From an uncultured Thermoplasmatales archaeon (GTDB taxonomy: Archaea; Thermoplasmatota; Thermoplasmata; Thermoplasmatales; GCA-001856825): a stretch of 64,000 nt of DNA. Of the stretch, positions 42,167-51,197 are shown one piece after another. The stretch lies in the NCBI GenBank assembly GCA_964468585.1, contig CAYXTM010000001.1, positions 108,084 through 172,083 on the forward strand. The letters are read 5' to 3'. Numbering within the stretch: position 1 is the first letter of the stretch; each line of letters opens with the position of its first letter. The notes beneath the pieces were generated by a model. The model searched no databases. It was not told the origin of the DNA and saw nothing but the letters and a program-made list of their open reading frames with translations. A program made the position numbers and the translations under genes.

Positions 42167-43486
42167 ATGGAATATGATGCAATTGTCATCGGTGGCGGGC
42201 CAGGCGGATACGCGACCACAATAAGATTGGGGCAGAGGGGCAAAAAAGTACTAATGATAGAGGAAAATAAGATAGGAGGAGAGTGCCTAAATTACGGATG
42301 TATTCCATCGAAGGCATTCATTGAACTTGCAGATTCACTCGATTATTTGAAAGGGCTGCCTGGGGTTGAATTGAAATTCTCAATCGATATGAAAAAATGG
42401 CTGCAGTGGAAGTGGGACATGATCAACAGACTGACCTCCGGTGTTGAAAAACTTTGTAAATCCTATGGAGCAGATATTATAATGGGCCATGGTACGATAA
42501 TAAATGAACATTCGGTTCAGGTGAATGGACAGACCTATGAGGGTAGAAATCTCGTGATAGCAACCGGTTCTTCACCCATCGTTATCAAAGGAGCCGAAAC
42601 AGCCTTTTATAATAGAGATATTCTCGACATAGACCATGTGCCTGAAAGTTTACTGGTTGTAGGTGGAGGATATATTGGCGTGGAATTAGGAACAGCTTTC
42701 TCGAAACTTGGATCAAAGGTTACTATTGTGGAGATGATGCAAAACATTCTTCCAGGCACTGATGTAGAATTATCGAGATATGTTGAAAGAAAATTGAAAC
42801 AACTAGGAGTTGAGATTATAACTGGAGTATCTCTGGAGAAACTCGAGAAGGGAAAAAACTATAGAGCTAAACTCTCAAATGGCAGAGAAATAGAATCAGA
42901 AATAGCCTTGGTAACTGTGGGAAGGAAGCCAAATACAATTGGATTTGGCCTTGAGAATCTGAAACTTGAGATGGATGGCAAATTCATTAAAACTGACAAG
43001 AGAAAAAGAACTAGCCTTAAGAACGTTTATGCCGTGGGGGATGTAAGTGGACAACCCATGTTAGCGCACAAGGCCTTCTATGAGGCAGGGATTGTTGCTG
43101 ACAATATATCCGGAATTGATTCCATCGTTGACTATAGAGCAATGCCCTTTGTGATTTACTCTGACCCAGAGATATCTATTACAGGCGAGAAAACAGAAAA
43201 TTTTGCAAACTTCCCATTGGGTGCCAATGGCAGGGCCCTTGGTCTGAATGCAAATCAGGGAGTTTACAGGATATATGTGGATAAAAATGGTGTCGTAAAA
43301 GGAGCCGCATTTGCAGCACCTAGATCGTCTGAGTTAATTTCAGAAATTTCACTTGCAGTTGAAGCAGGACTTTCTGCTGAAGATATAGGTTTAACGATCC
43401 ACCCACATCCAACTCTTTCAGAAGGAGTCCAAGAATCGGCGGAGGCAGTAAATGGAAGATCTCTCCACTTTAAATCTAGTCGCTAA
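42167..43486 (+). CDS. lpdA: Dihydrolipoamide dehydrogenase (E3)
   Basis: FAD motif VIGGGPGGY, redox disulfide GGECLNYGCIPSK, NAD motif VVGGGYIGVE, and C-terminal HPHPTLSE. Confidence 0.9.
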   Translation: MEYDAIVIGGGPGGYATTIRLGQRGKKVLMIEENKIGGECLNYGCIPSKAFIELADSLDYLKGLPGVELKFSIDMKKWLQWKWDMINRLTSGVEKLCKSYGADIIMGHGTIINEHSVQVNGQTYEGRNLVIATGSSPIVIKGAETAFYNRDILDIDHVPESLLVVGGGYIGVELGTAFSKLGSKVTIVEMMQNILPGTDVELSRYVERKLKQLGVEIITGVSLEKLEKGKNYRAKLSNGREIESEIALVTVGRKPNTIGFGLENLKLEMDGKFIKTDKRKRTSLKNVYAVGDVSGQPMLAHKAFYEAGIVADNISGIDSIVDYRAMPFVIYSDPEISITGEKTENFANFPLGANGRALGLNANQGVYRIYVDKNGVVKGAAFAAPRSSELISEISLAVEAGLSAEDIGLTIHPHPTLSEGVQESAEAVNGRSLHFKSSR

Positions 43487-44090
43487 TTTTGGGAAAACAT
43501 CTTATCTGGAATCCATGGCTATAATGGATGGATCAGTGGAGGCTGTTCGAAAAAATAGGGTTAAAAATATTTTACTTTTTTTTAAATATGATCCAGTATT
43601 TACTGTAGGAAGAGGAAAAAAGGAAGAGAACTATAAGGGAGTTGAAATAATAGAAACAGACAGGGGAGGGGATGTCACTTATCATGGACCCGGACAAATT
43701 ATTGGATACCCCATAATTGACCTAAGGAATTCTCTAAATGTAAGAGGATTTGTCAAAAATGTTGAAAGTATTATAATAGATTCTCTGAATAAGTTTGGTT
43801 ATAAAGGTCATGTTGGTGATGAACCTGGGATATGGGTAGACGGTAAGAAAGTTGCATCACTGGGTATGGCCATTAGAAATGGCATATCAGCTCACGGTTT
43901 TTCAATTAATACAAGTTCAGAAGTCTTCCAAGGATTCAAAAAAATCAGAGCGTGCGGATTAGATCCTGATGTCATTGGATTTATTGAAATTGATGAAAAC
44001 ACTTTGATCGATGAAATCGTTAAAAATTTTTCAAAATTTTACGGAGAATTTCAGTGGATATCTGCTCAGTCCTTGCTAAATGTATTATGA
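43452..44090 (+). CDS. lipB: Octanoyl/lipoyl transferase
   Basis: RGGDVTYHGPGQIIGYPI is the LipB signature. 212 aa. 35-nt overlap with the E3 gene. Confidence 0.85.
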   Translation: MEDLSTLNLVANFGKTSYLESMAIMDGSVEAVRKNRVKNILLFFKYDPVFTVGRGKKEENYKGVEIIETDRGGDVTYHGPGQIIGYPIIDLRNSLNVRGFVKNVESIIIDSLNKFGYKGHVGDEPGIWVDGKKVASLGMAIRNGISAHGFSINTSSEVFQGFKKIRACGLDPDVIGFIEIDENTLIDEIVKNFSKFYGEFQWISAQSLLNVL

Positions 44091-44131
44091 CTCAATAAAT
44101 TGTATAATATACCATTTTGTAATTACCAAAT

Positions 44132-46807
44132 ATGCAGATAAGCAGTGATTCAATTCTCAGGGATGGAAGTATCGTCAGAATAGAACCGTACGACGAATCC
44201 ATGAACAAAGAATTGATGAAGTTTGTAAATCAACTTTCAGATTTTTCCATTATAGGCAGATTCTTGCAACCAATTTCAAGAGAAGAGGCGTACAACCTTC
44301 TCACCAGCCCAGGAGGGATAAAGGTTGTGGCTCTTAGAGATAATAATATCATTGGTCATGGAATGCTGGAAATGAGAGGCGATAGGAGTGCAGAATTGGC
44401 GGTTGTAGTTTTGGATAGTTTCCAAAACCTAGGTCTGGGCACTTCGATATTGGGACTACTTCTTGAGTATGCTTTCAAAAATGGAATTACCCATGTAAAG
44501 TCATTCGTTGCTCCTGAAAATTACAAGATGATCACAGTTCTTAAGAATTTGGGATTCCCCATTGACACACATGTAAAAGAGGGGTTAATCGAAGTTGAGT
44601 TCCCCCCTTCCAAGCTTCCAGAAGCTATAGAGAAATTTGAACTTAGAGAAAGTGTGGGAGCAACGAATGCGGTAAAGATTTTCCTTGAACCAAAATCGAT
44701 TGCCTTGATTGGTGCTTCCGGCGATAGATCCACGATAGGTGGTCAGCTTCTATTTAATATCATAGAGAGTAATTACCAGGGACCAATTTTCCCAATCAAT
44801 CCAAATAGAGAATTCGTACAGGGGATGAAGACCTACAAATCTATACTGGATGTCCCTTATGATGTGGAAATGGCCATTATTGCTGTGCCTGCTCAATATG
44901 TGAATGATGTCGCTAAACAATGCGGACAAAAAGGTGTAAAAGGTCTAGTCATAATTTCTTCAGGCTTTGCAGAGGTTGGAGGTGAGGGTGTTACAAGACA
45001 GAAGGAGTTAATGGAAATATGCAACAGATATGGAATGAGGTTGATTGGACCTAATTGTATGGGAGTTATCAATACAGATCCGAAGGTTAGCCTGAACGGT
45101 CAGTTCTCACCATTTAAGTCCATAAGAGGAAGGATTGGGTTCTTATCACAATCGGGGGCTCTTGGCATTGCTGTCATAGACTTGACCACTAAACTTGGTC
45201 TCGGTATGTCCTCCTTTGTATCGGTGGGAAACAAAGCTGATATTTCAGCCAATGACCTAATACAGTACTGGGAACAGGATCCGAATACTGATGTTATCCT
45301 TCTTTATTTGGAGTCTTTTGGTAATCCCGTAAAATTTGGAAAAATAGCGAGACGCGTCACTAAAACCAAACCCATTATAGCAGTGAAATCTGGTAGGTAT
45401 AGCGCGGGATTTAGGGCTACCCAGTCACATACTGGTGCTCTTCTTTCCGCTTCTGATGTTACAGTTGACGCTCTTTTCAAGAAGAGTGGTGTCATCAGAG
45501 CCGAAACTTTAGATGAGATGTTCGATGCAGCTACTATACTTTCTTCTCAACCTGTACCTAAGGGTGATAGGGTTGCCATTGTAACCAATGCTGGTGGTGC
45601 CGGAATACTTGCGGCAGATGCATGCGAAGCATATGGTTTAAAAGTCCCTGAAGTACCCAAGGAAACTCAGGAAAAACTTAGAGAGATTCTTCCCCCAATT
45701 GCAGGGCTTAGAAATCCAATAGATATGACGGCCCAAGGCGGACCAGAAATGTACGAAAAAGTTCTGGACGTTATTGGTCAGGATGACTCTTTTGATTCAA
45801 TACTGGTGATTTTTATTCCTCCAGTTCAAATGGATCAGAGTCTGGTCAGTACCAGAATACTGAATTCTGTTAGGAAGATGAACAATAAAAAGACCGTGGT
45901 TAGCGTATTCATGGCATATAGAGGTATACCTGATGTTCTTGTTTCAGGGAACATAAAACTGCCATCATTCCCATTCCCGGAAGACGCCGCAAAGGCACTG
46001 GCAAAGGCCACTGAATACGGAAAGTGGAAGAATATGCCTGAGGAAAAAATACAGGAAATTAAGATTATAGAACCTGAATTGGTTAAGGCCACAATATCCA
46101 AGGCCCTCAGGGCAGGTAAGGAATGGCTTAGCTACGAAGAAGCAAGGATAGTACTAAATTCATATGGAATCCCAGTTATTAAGAGTTTTACTGCCATTAG
46201 CCCGGATGAGGTAGCCAATAAAATTGCTCAGATTAACAATCGTGTAGTCATTAAGGGATATTCATCAAAGGTTGTACATAAATCAGATGTTGGGGCCGTA
46301 AAGTTGAACGTCGAGCCATCTGCAGCTAAAGAGGCTGCTCAAGAAATAAAAAATAACCTGGAATCCAAGGGTTATCCATTGGATTATTTCGTAGTTCAGG
46401 AAATGGTACCTGAGGGTATTGAAATGATTGTTGGAATAACCCAGGATCCGAGTTTCGGCCCAATTGTGGTCACTGGACTGGGTGGAAAACTGGTGGAACT
46501 GTTGAAGGATATCAGCATTAGGCCTGCGCCTGTAACTTTCAATGAAGCTCTCGAAATGATAAGTGAACTCAAAACCCACCAAATACTTGATGGTTACAGG
46601 GGTGGAATAATAGCCGATAAAGAATCGCTTGCAGAAATAATAATGAAGGTTTCAAAACTGGCCAATGATATACCTGAAATCAAAGAGCTTGACCTTAACC
46701 CCATCATGGTTATGGAAAAAGGAAAAGGCGCTACCGTGGTGGACTTCAGAATAAGAATAGGAGTTATTGAGAAGGAAATCCCCTTTATTGCCAAAACTCC
46801 CGGATGA
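44132..46807 (+). CDS. GNAT acetyltransferase fused to a complete ADP-forming acyl-CoA synthetase (ACD alpha+beta)-like module
   Basis: aa 1-~165 are GNAT (motif A FQNLGLGTSIL). Next comes a CoA-binding domain (SIALIGASGDRSTIGG), then a SucD-like segment with ATQSHTGALLSAS (phosphohistidine motif retained), then an ATP-grasp region (VVIKGYSSKVVHKSDVGAVKLNV). 891 aa. Confidence 0.85.
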   Translation: MQISSDSILRDGSIVRIEPYDESMNKELMKFVNQLSDFSIIGRFLQPISREEAYNLLTSPGGIKVVALRDNNIIGHGMLEMRGDRSAELAVVVLDSFQNLGLGTSILGLLLEYAFKNGITHVKSFVAPENYKMITVLKNLGFPIDTHVKEGLIEVEFPPSKLPEAIEKFELRESVGATNAVKIFLEPKSIALIGASGDRSTIGGQLLFNIIESNYQGPIFPINPNREFVQGMKTYKSILDVPYDVEMAIIAVPAQYVNDVAKQCGQKGVKGLVIISSGFAEVGGEGVTRQKELMEICNRYGMRLIGPNCMGVINTDPKVSLNGQFSPFKSIRGRIGFLSQSGALGIAVIDLTTKLGLGMSSFVSVGNKADISANDLIQYWEQDPNTDVILLYLESFGNPVKFGKIARRVTKTKPIIAVKSGRYSAGFRATQSHTGALLSASDVTVDALFKKSGVIRAETLDEMFDAATILSSQPVPKGDRVAIVTNAGGAGILAADACEAYGLKVPEVPKETQEKLREILPPIAGLRNPIDMTAQGGPEMYEKVLDVIGQDDSFDSILVIFIPPVQMDQSLVSTRILNSVRKMNNKKTVVSVFMAYRGIPDVLVSGNIKLPSFPFPEDAAKALAKATEYGKWKNMPEEKIQEIKIIEPELVKATISKALRAGKEWLSYEEARIVLNSYGIPVIKSFTAISPDEVANKIAQINNRVVIKGYSSKVVHKSDVGAVKLNVEPSAAKEAAQEIKNNLESKGYPLDYFVVQEMVPEGIEMIVGITQDPSFGPIVVTGLGGKLVELLKDISIRPAPVTFNEALEMISELKTHQILDGYRGGIIADKESLAEIIMKVSKLANDIPEIKELDLNPIMVMEKGKGATVVDFRIRIGVIEKEIPFIAKTPG

Positions 46808-46851
46808 CTTAATAAAATGTTAAATAATATTTTCTCATACCACATGGAACG

Positions 46852-47241
46852 GTGATAGACTCAATGGTTAACATGAGAGCAGTGATATCCACAAAAGACG
46901 GGAAAAGCAGGCAGATTGAAATTCCTGAGGATAAACAACCTGCATTATTTGGAAAGAAGATAGGGGATATCATAGATGGCGAGTTCCTAGGATTTAGTGG
47001 AGTAAAGCTAAAGATAACTGGCGGAAGCGATGAGGACGGATTCCCAATGAGGGCTGACTTCCCTGGAATGAGAAGGGAAAGAATCCTATTAACAGGGGGG
47101 GTAGGTTTCCATCCAAAGAGGGATGGATTGAGAAAAAAGAAGAGTATAAGGGGAAATACAGTATCTGGAGATATCTCACAAATTAATTTTGCAGTTATTG
47201 AGGGCGAAATTAAGGAAGAATCAAAAGGAGAAAGTAAATGA
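46852..47241 (+). CDS. rps6e: 30S ribosomal protein S6e
   Basis: GGSDEDGFPMRADFPGMRRERILLTGGVGFHPKRDGLRKKKSIRG is the S6e core. The track start is a GTG, and in-frame ATGs follow shortly after. Confidence 0.9.
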   Translation: MIDSMVNMRAVISTKDGKSRQIEIPEDKQPALFGKKIGDIIDGEFLGFSGVKLKITGGSDEDGFPMRADFPGMRRERILLTGGVGFHPKRDGLRKKKSIRGNTVSGDISQINFAVIEGEIKEESKGESK

Positions 47242-48464
47242 AGTTTCCCAGACCACCTGAAGTTAATATTGGAATGGTGGGCCATGTAGATCATGGCAAA
47301 TCTACTCTTACTAAGCTTATTACTGGTGTTAAAACTGATTATTTTTCTGAAGAAATAAAGAGAGGGATTTCAATAAAACTTGGATATGCAGATGCAGCCA
47401 TTTATAAATGTGGAGATCCCTCAAAAGGACCTGAATATGCAACCAATCCAAAGGATTGTGCAGGTGGTGCTGAATTTCAGCGAGTTGTCAGTTTTGTGGA
47501 TTCACCTGGGCATGAGACTCTGATGGCTACCATGCTTTCCGGGGCTGCCATAATGGATGGAGCAATAATGGTCATAGCCGCAAATGAGAAATGCCCACAA
47601 CCTCAGACAAGGGAACACCTTATGGCCCTTAACATACTCGGTAAAGATAAAATTATCATTGTTCAGAATAAGATTGATCTGGTCTCTGAAGAGAGGGCTC
47701 TCGAATCTTTTAGGGAGATTAAACAGTTCGTAAAGGGAACTGTTGCAGAAAATTCACCAATAATACCCATGAGTGCCATAGATAATTCCAACCTTGATGC
47801 ATTGCTTGGTGCCATACAGAGATATATCCCAACAAGGGAGTATGATAAAAATGCTAACCCCATGATGTACGTTGCCAGGAGCTTTGATATTAACAAACCG
47901 GGAACACCGCCAGAGGAATTGAAAGGGGGAGTGGTTGGGGGTTCTATCATACAGGGTGTTTTCAGAGTAGGAGATGAGATAGAAATTTCTCCTGGAATAA
48001 TGCAGAACAAGGGAAATAAGAAAGTCTATAACCCTATTTACAGTAAAATTGCTTCTATTATATCAGGGAATATGAATCTTGAAGAAAAAGGCCCAGGCGG
48101 CTTAGTAGGCATAGGAACTTATCTTGATCCATATCTCACAAAAGGGGATAATCTTGTAGGTCAGATTGTCGGAAAGAAGGGGACACTTCCCAAACCAATA
48201 AATTCCATAAAATTAAAAGTTAAGATACTAGATAAAGTCGTCGGAAGCCAGAATGAAATGAAGGTTGAAAGAATAGCAAAACAGGAAACATTACTTCTTA
48301 ACGTAGGAACAGCTGTCACGGTGGGGGTAGTTACTCAGGTGAAGGGGGATTCAACTGAACTTGAATTGAAATATCCTGTAATCGCATTACAGGGACAGAA
48401 TGTAGCCATAAGCAGAAGGATACAGAACAGATGGAGATTAATTGGAAGTGGGACTGTTCTTTAA
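47238..48464 (+). CDS. eif2g: Translation initiation factor aIF2 gamma subunit
   Basis: G1 motif GHVDHGKSTL, DSPGHE and NKIDL motifs. 408 aa. ATGA overlap with rps6e, a gene pair conserved in archaea. Confidence 0.95.
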   Translation: MKFPRPPEVNIGMVGHVDHGKSTLTKLITGVKTDYFSEEIKRGISIKLGYADAAIYKCGDPSKGPEYATNPKDCAGGAEFQRVVSFVDSPGHETLMATMLSGAAIMDGAIMVIAANEKCPQPQTREHLMALNILGKDKIIIVQNKIDLVSEERALESFREIKQFVKGTVAENSPIIPMSAIDNSNLDALLGAIQRYIPTREYDKNANPMMYVARSFDINKPGTPPEELKGGVVGGSIIQGVFRVGDEIEISPGIMQNKGNKKVYNPIYSKIASIISGNMNLEEKGPGGLVGIGTYLDPYLTKGDNLVGQIVGKKGTLPKPINSIKLKVKILDKVVGSQNEMKVERIAKQETLLLNVGTAVTVGVVTQVKGDSTELELKYPVIALQGQNVAISRRIQNRWRLIGSGTVL

Positions 48465-49061
48465 ATTGCAGTTGGTTAAAGGGCAGGATTCGCATTTAGG
48501 TTTTTTCATGCAATAAACTTTGGAATGTTCCACAATCAAGGCATGAAATTCCTTAAGTTCCATTTTATCTAATTCTTTTATTAAAAAGGATCGCAATTTC
48601 TCATAGTCCTTATGCGTGAAGTTTACCCCTGTATAGCGTGAAAAAAATCTGATTGTATATAAATCAATGGGAATAGTATGCGAATTAAAACCGTATAACA
48701 TTATGGAATCAGCGGTTTCGGGACCCACCCCTGGAACGTCCAATAATTCCTCTCTAGAACAGGACGTATAGGTCTCTATCTTCTCATAAAATGAGAATAA
48801 CCCTTTCAGGTATCTGGCTTTCCTTTTTGCATAAGGAACAGACCTTATTATGGATGATAGTTCATCTTCACTTAATTTAAGAATATCATCATCACTCAAC
48901 TTTTCCAGCTTTTTCATGGAATTCTCGACAGACGACCATTTTGCATTTTGTGTTAGGACTGCTCCAATCATGACCCTAAGTGGCGAATTGGCTGGCCACC
49001 AGTATTGATATCCGTAGGTCTCTATAAGGCTTTTAAATATCGACCGTATACCCAAATGCAT
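48438..49061 (-). CDS. HhH-GPD DNA glycosylase superfamily protein (endonuclease III-related)
   Basis: MIGAVLTQNAKW, helix-hairpin-helix LLDVPGVGPETADSIMLYGF, and a C-terminal Cys cluster CMKKPKCESCPLTNC (C-x5-C-x2-C-x4-C, FeS-loop-like). Confidence 0.75.
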   Translation of the reverse strand: MHLGIRSIFKSLIETYGYQYWWPANSPLRVMIGAVLTQNAKWSSVENSMKKLEKLSDDDILKLSEDELSSIIRSVPYAKRKARYLKGLFSFYEKIETYTSCSREELLDVPGVGPETADSIMLYGFNSHTIPIDLYTIRFFSRYTGVNFTHKDYEKLRSFLIKELDKMELKEFHALIVEHSKVYCMKKPKCESCPLTNCNLKNSPTSN

Positions 49062-49062
49062 T

Positions 49063-50136
49063 TCAATTTGGTGCCTTATCTGGAATATTCATCTTTTCCT
49101 TTAACGCTTTCTTACCGTTTCTGATCTCCTCTATAAGCTTTGGAACTATATCATAAAGGTCTCCAATTATGGCAATATCTGCATACTTTATAATAGGAGC
49201 ATTTGGATCCTTGTTGATTGCAATTATGAATTCAGAACCCTTCATACCTGCGATGTGCTGAATGGCGCCTGATATTCCTACTGCTATGTACAATTTTGGA
49301 TTCACTGTCTTCCCAGTTTGACCAACTTGCCTATCCCTTGTGATCCAGCCTGCATCAACCGCCGGTCTTGAAGCTGCAACGATACCGCCCAACTCTTTGG
49401 CAAGATCCTCCAGGAGAGAGAAGCCTTCCTTTTTGCCCAAACCGAGACCACCGGCTACAATTACATCTGCAGTTGTTATGTCGATTTCTTCCTTCCTAAC
49501 AATTGTCAGCAATTTTGTTATGATATCTTCTTCTTTGATATTGCTTTCAATTACCTCCAACTCACCTGTTCTACCCTTTATTGGATCAATGGGTTTGAAG
49601 ATACCTGGTCTGGCACTGGCCATCTGAGGCTTGTGCTTTGCACACAATATGCTAGCCAATATGGCTCCACCGAAAGCTGGTCTCCTAGCTTCAAGTAACT
49701 TCTTCGCTGGATCCACGTCCAATTCAGTACAGTCAGCCGTTATGCCGGTTGTGACCTTGACGGCTATTCTTGAGGCTAGATCCCTTCCGTTGTGTGTGGC
49801 ACCAAGGATGAAATAGTTCGGTTTTCTCTCTTTTATCAACTGACCAATTATTGTTGAGTAAGGTATGGTTCTATAATGCCTAAGAGTAGGGCCTTTTACA
49901 AATATGACCTTATCAACTCCATATTCGAAAGCAGTCTTGGCCATTTCATAACCCGATTCATCAGCCAATAATACTCCCACAAGCTTTTCACCTGATTTGT
50001 CGGCAAGCTTCCTTCCAATTCCGGCCATTTCAAGAGCTACCCTCGATAGCTTTCCATCATTTTGCTCCAGGAACACCCAGAAATCCTTATAATTCTCTGG
50101 GTCTTTTGGAGGATCTGAGCATCTTTCATTGAGCAT
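49063..50136 (-). CDS. etfA: Electron transfer flavoprotein alpha subunit (EtfA/FixB)
   Basis: C-terminal FAD-binding block LYIAVGISGAIQHIAGM. 357 aa. Confidence 0.9.
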   Translation of the reverse strand: MLNERCSDPPKDPENYKDFWVFLEQNDGKLSRVALEMAGIGRKLADKSGEKLVGVLLADESGYEMAKTAFEYGVDKVIFVKGPTLRHYRTIPYSTIIGQLIKERKPNYFILGATHNGRDLASRIAVKVTTGITADCTELDVDPAKKLLEARRPAFGGAILASILCAKHKPQMASARPGIFKPIDPIKGRTGELEVIESNIKEEDIITKLLTIVRKEEIDITTADVIVAGGLGLGKKEGFSLLEDLAKELGGIVAASRPAVDAGWITRDRQVGQTGKTVNPKLYIAVGISGAIQHIAGMKGSEFIIAINKDPNAPIIKYADIAIIGDLYDIVPKLIEEIRNGKKALKEKMNIPDKAPN

Positions 50137-50923
50137 TTAGCAACCCCCTTTGGCTAAGAACTTCAATTACTTTCGGAATTTCCTCTACTCCTATCTTAAC
50201 CGTATTTTTTGCCTTATCAACCATAGTTTTCATATCCTTAACCACCGTGGGTGAACCCTTTAGTCCTATGCATTCTGGTCTCATCTTTAGTTCTTTGTTT
50301 GTAACTGTGATAACTCCTTTTTTGTAAGCCTCTATCTTCTTCTTCAAGGTTGGCCTTCTTGGATTATTAGCGTTCAAAACCACTGTCACCACTGCTGGTT
50401 TTCCAATCTTTAATGTTTCCACAGCACCCTCAATTTCCCTTTCCACTATGAAATATGGATCCTGATAGTCAATGCTGTGAATATATGTTGCTTGTTCTAT
50501 TCCTAGAAATTCCGCTATGCCTGGTCCCACATGGCCTGTGGAAGAATCTGTAGTCTCTTCCCCACAGAAGATAATATCAAAACCCCCTAGATATTCCGCG
50601 GTTGTTGCCAATGTGAATGAGGTTGGCCATGTATCAGCTCCAGCAAAAACTCTGTCTGTAACCAAAACAGCCTTATCCGCACCCCTTGAGGTACACTCCA
50701 ATAGTGCAGAATCAGCCATTGGAGGACCCATAGTCATGACAGTAATTTCACCACCATACTTGTCCTTCAACTGTAGGGCTGCCTCCAGAGCATTCATGTC
50801 GGGAGGGTTCACAACATTTCTTGCCTGTGATCTGTTCAAAGTTTTTGTAACCGGATCTATTGTTATATCTTGGCTGTCCGGAACCTGTTTAATCATTACT
50901 GCCATTTTCAGCATGATTCTCAC
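50126..50923 (-). CDS. etfB: Electron transfer flavoprotein beta subunit (EtfB/FixA)
   Basis: MIKQVPDSQDITIDPVTKTL...NPPDMNALEAAL is the typical EtfB N-terminus. 265 aa. It overlaps both fixX and etfA. Confidence 0.85.
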   Translation of the reverse strand: MRIMLKMAVMIKQVPDSQDITIDPVTKTLNRSQARNVVNPPDMNALEAALQLKDKYGGEITVMTMGPPMADSALLECTSRGADKAVLVTDRVFAGADTWPTSFTLATTAEYLGGFDIIFCGEETTDSSTGHVGPGIAEFLGIEQATYIHSIDYQDPYFIVEREIEGAVETLKIGKPAVVTVVLNANNPRRPTLKKKIEAYKKGVITVTNKELKMRPECIGLKGSPTVVKDMKTMVDKAKNTVKIGVEEIPKVIEVLSQRGLLNAQ

Positions 50924-51195
50924 CCGAACTTGTATATTACACCCTTTCCTGCTTTGGGATAATGCCAGGTCACTGAACCCTGGTCACAAGCTATGGAACA
51001 TGTTCCACACTCTACGCAATCCTCATAATTGAAAATTAGCTTGCCGTTCTGAAGAGTATAGCATTGAGCAGGACATGCCATCACACAAAAATGGTGTGGG
51101 CATTTTTCACATATTTTTTCATCTACGGTGATATGAGCATATTCTTTGTCTACATCATATTTCACCGTTCCTAGCCTTTCTTTAATATCCATCAT
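50920..51195 (-). CDS. fixX: Ferredoxin-like protein FixX
   Basis: 91 aa with CEKCPHHFCVMACP and CVECGTCSIAC cysteine patterns. It sits between fixC and etfB. Confidence 0.85.
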   Translation of the reverse strand: MMDIKERLGTVKYDVDKEYAHITVDEKICEKCPHHFCVMACPAQCYTLQNGKLIFNYEDCVECGTCSIACDQGSVTWHYPKAGKGVIYKFG

Positions 51196-51197
51196 TT

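Noticed and set aside
46809-47294. 161-aa minus-strand ORF covering the whole rps6e locus
   Set aside because: It is antisense to a strongly recognisable ribosomal protein S6e gene and to the aIF2gamma start. Its composition is low-complexity (S/P/L/F-rich), typical of a shadow ORF in AT-rich DNA.
50517-51032. 171-aa plus-strand ORF inside etfB/fixX
   Set aside because: It is antisense to two well-supported genes (EtfB, FixX) and has no motif. It is a shadow ORF.
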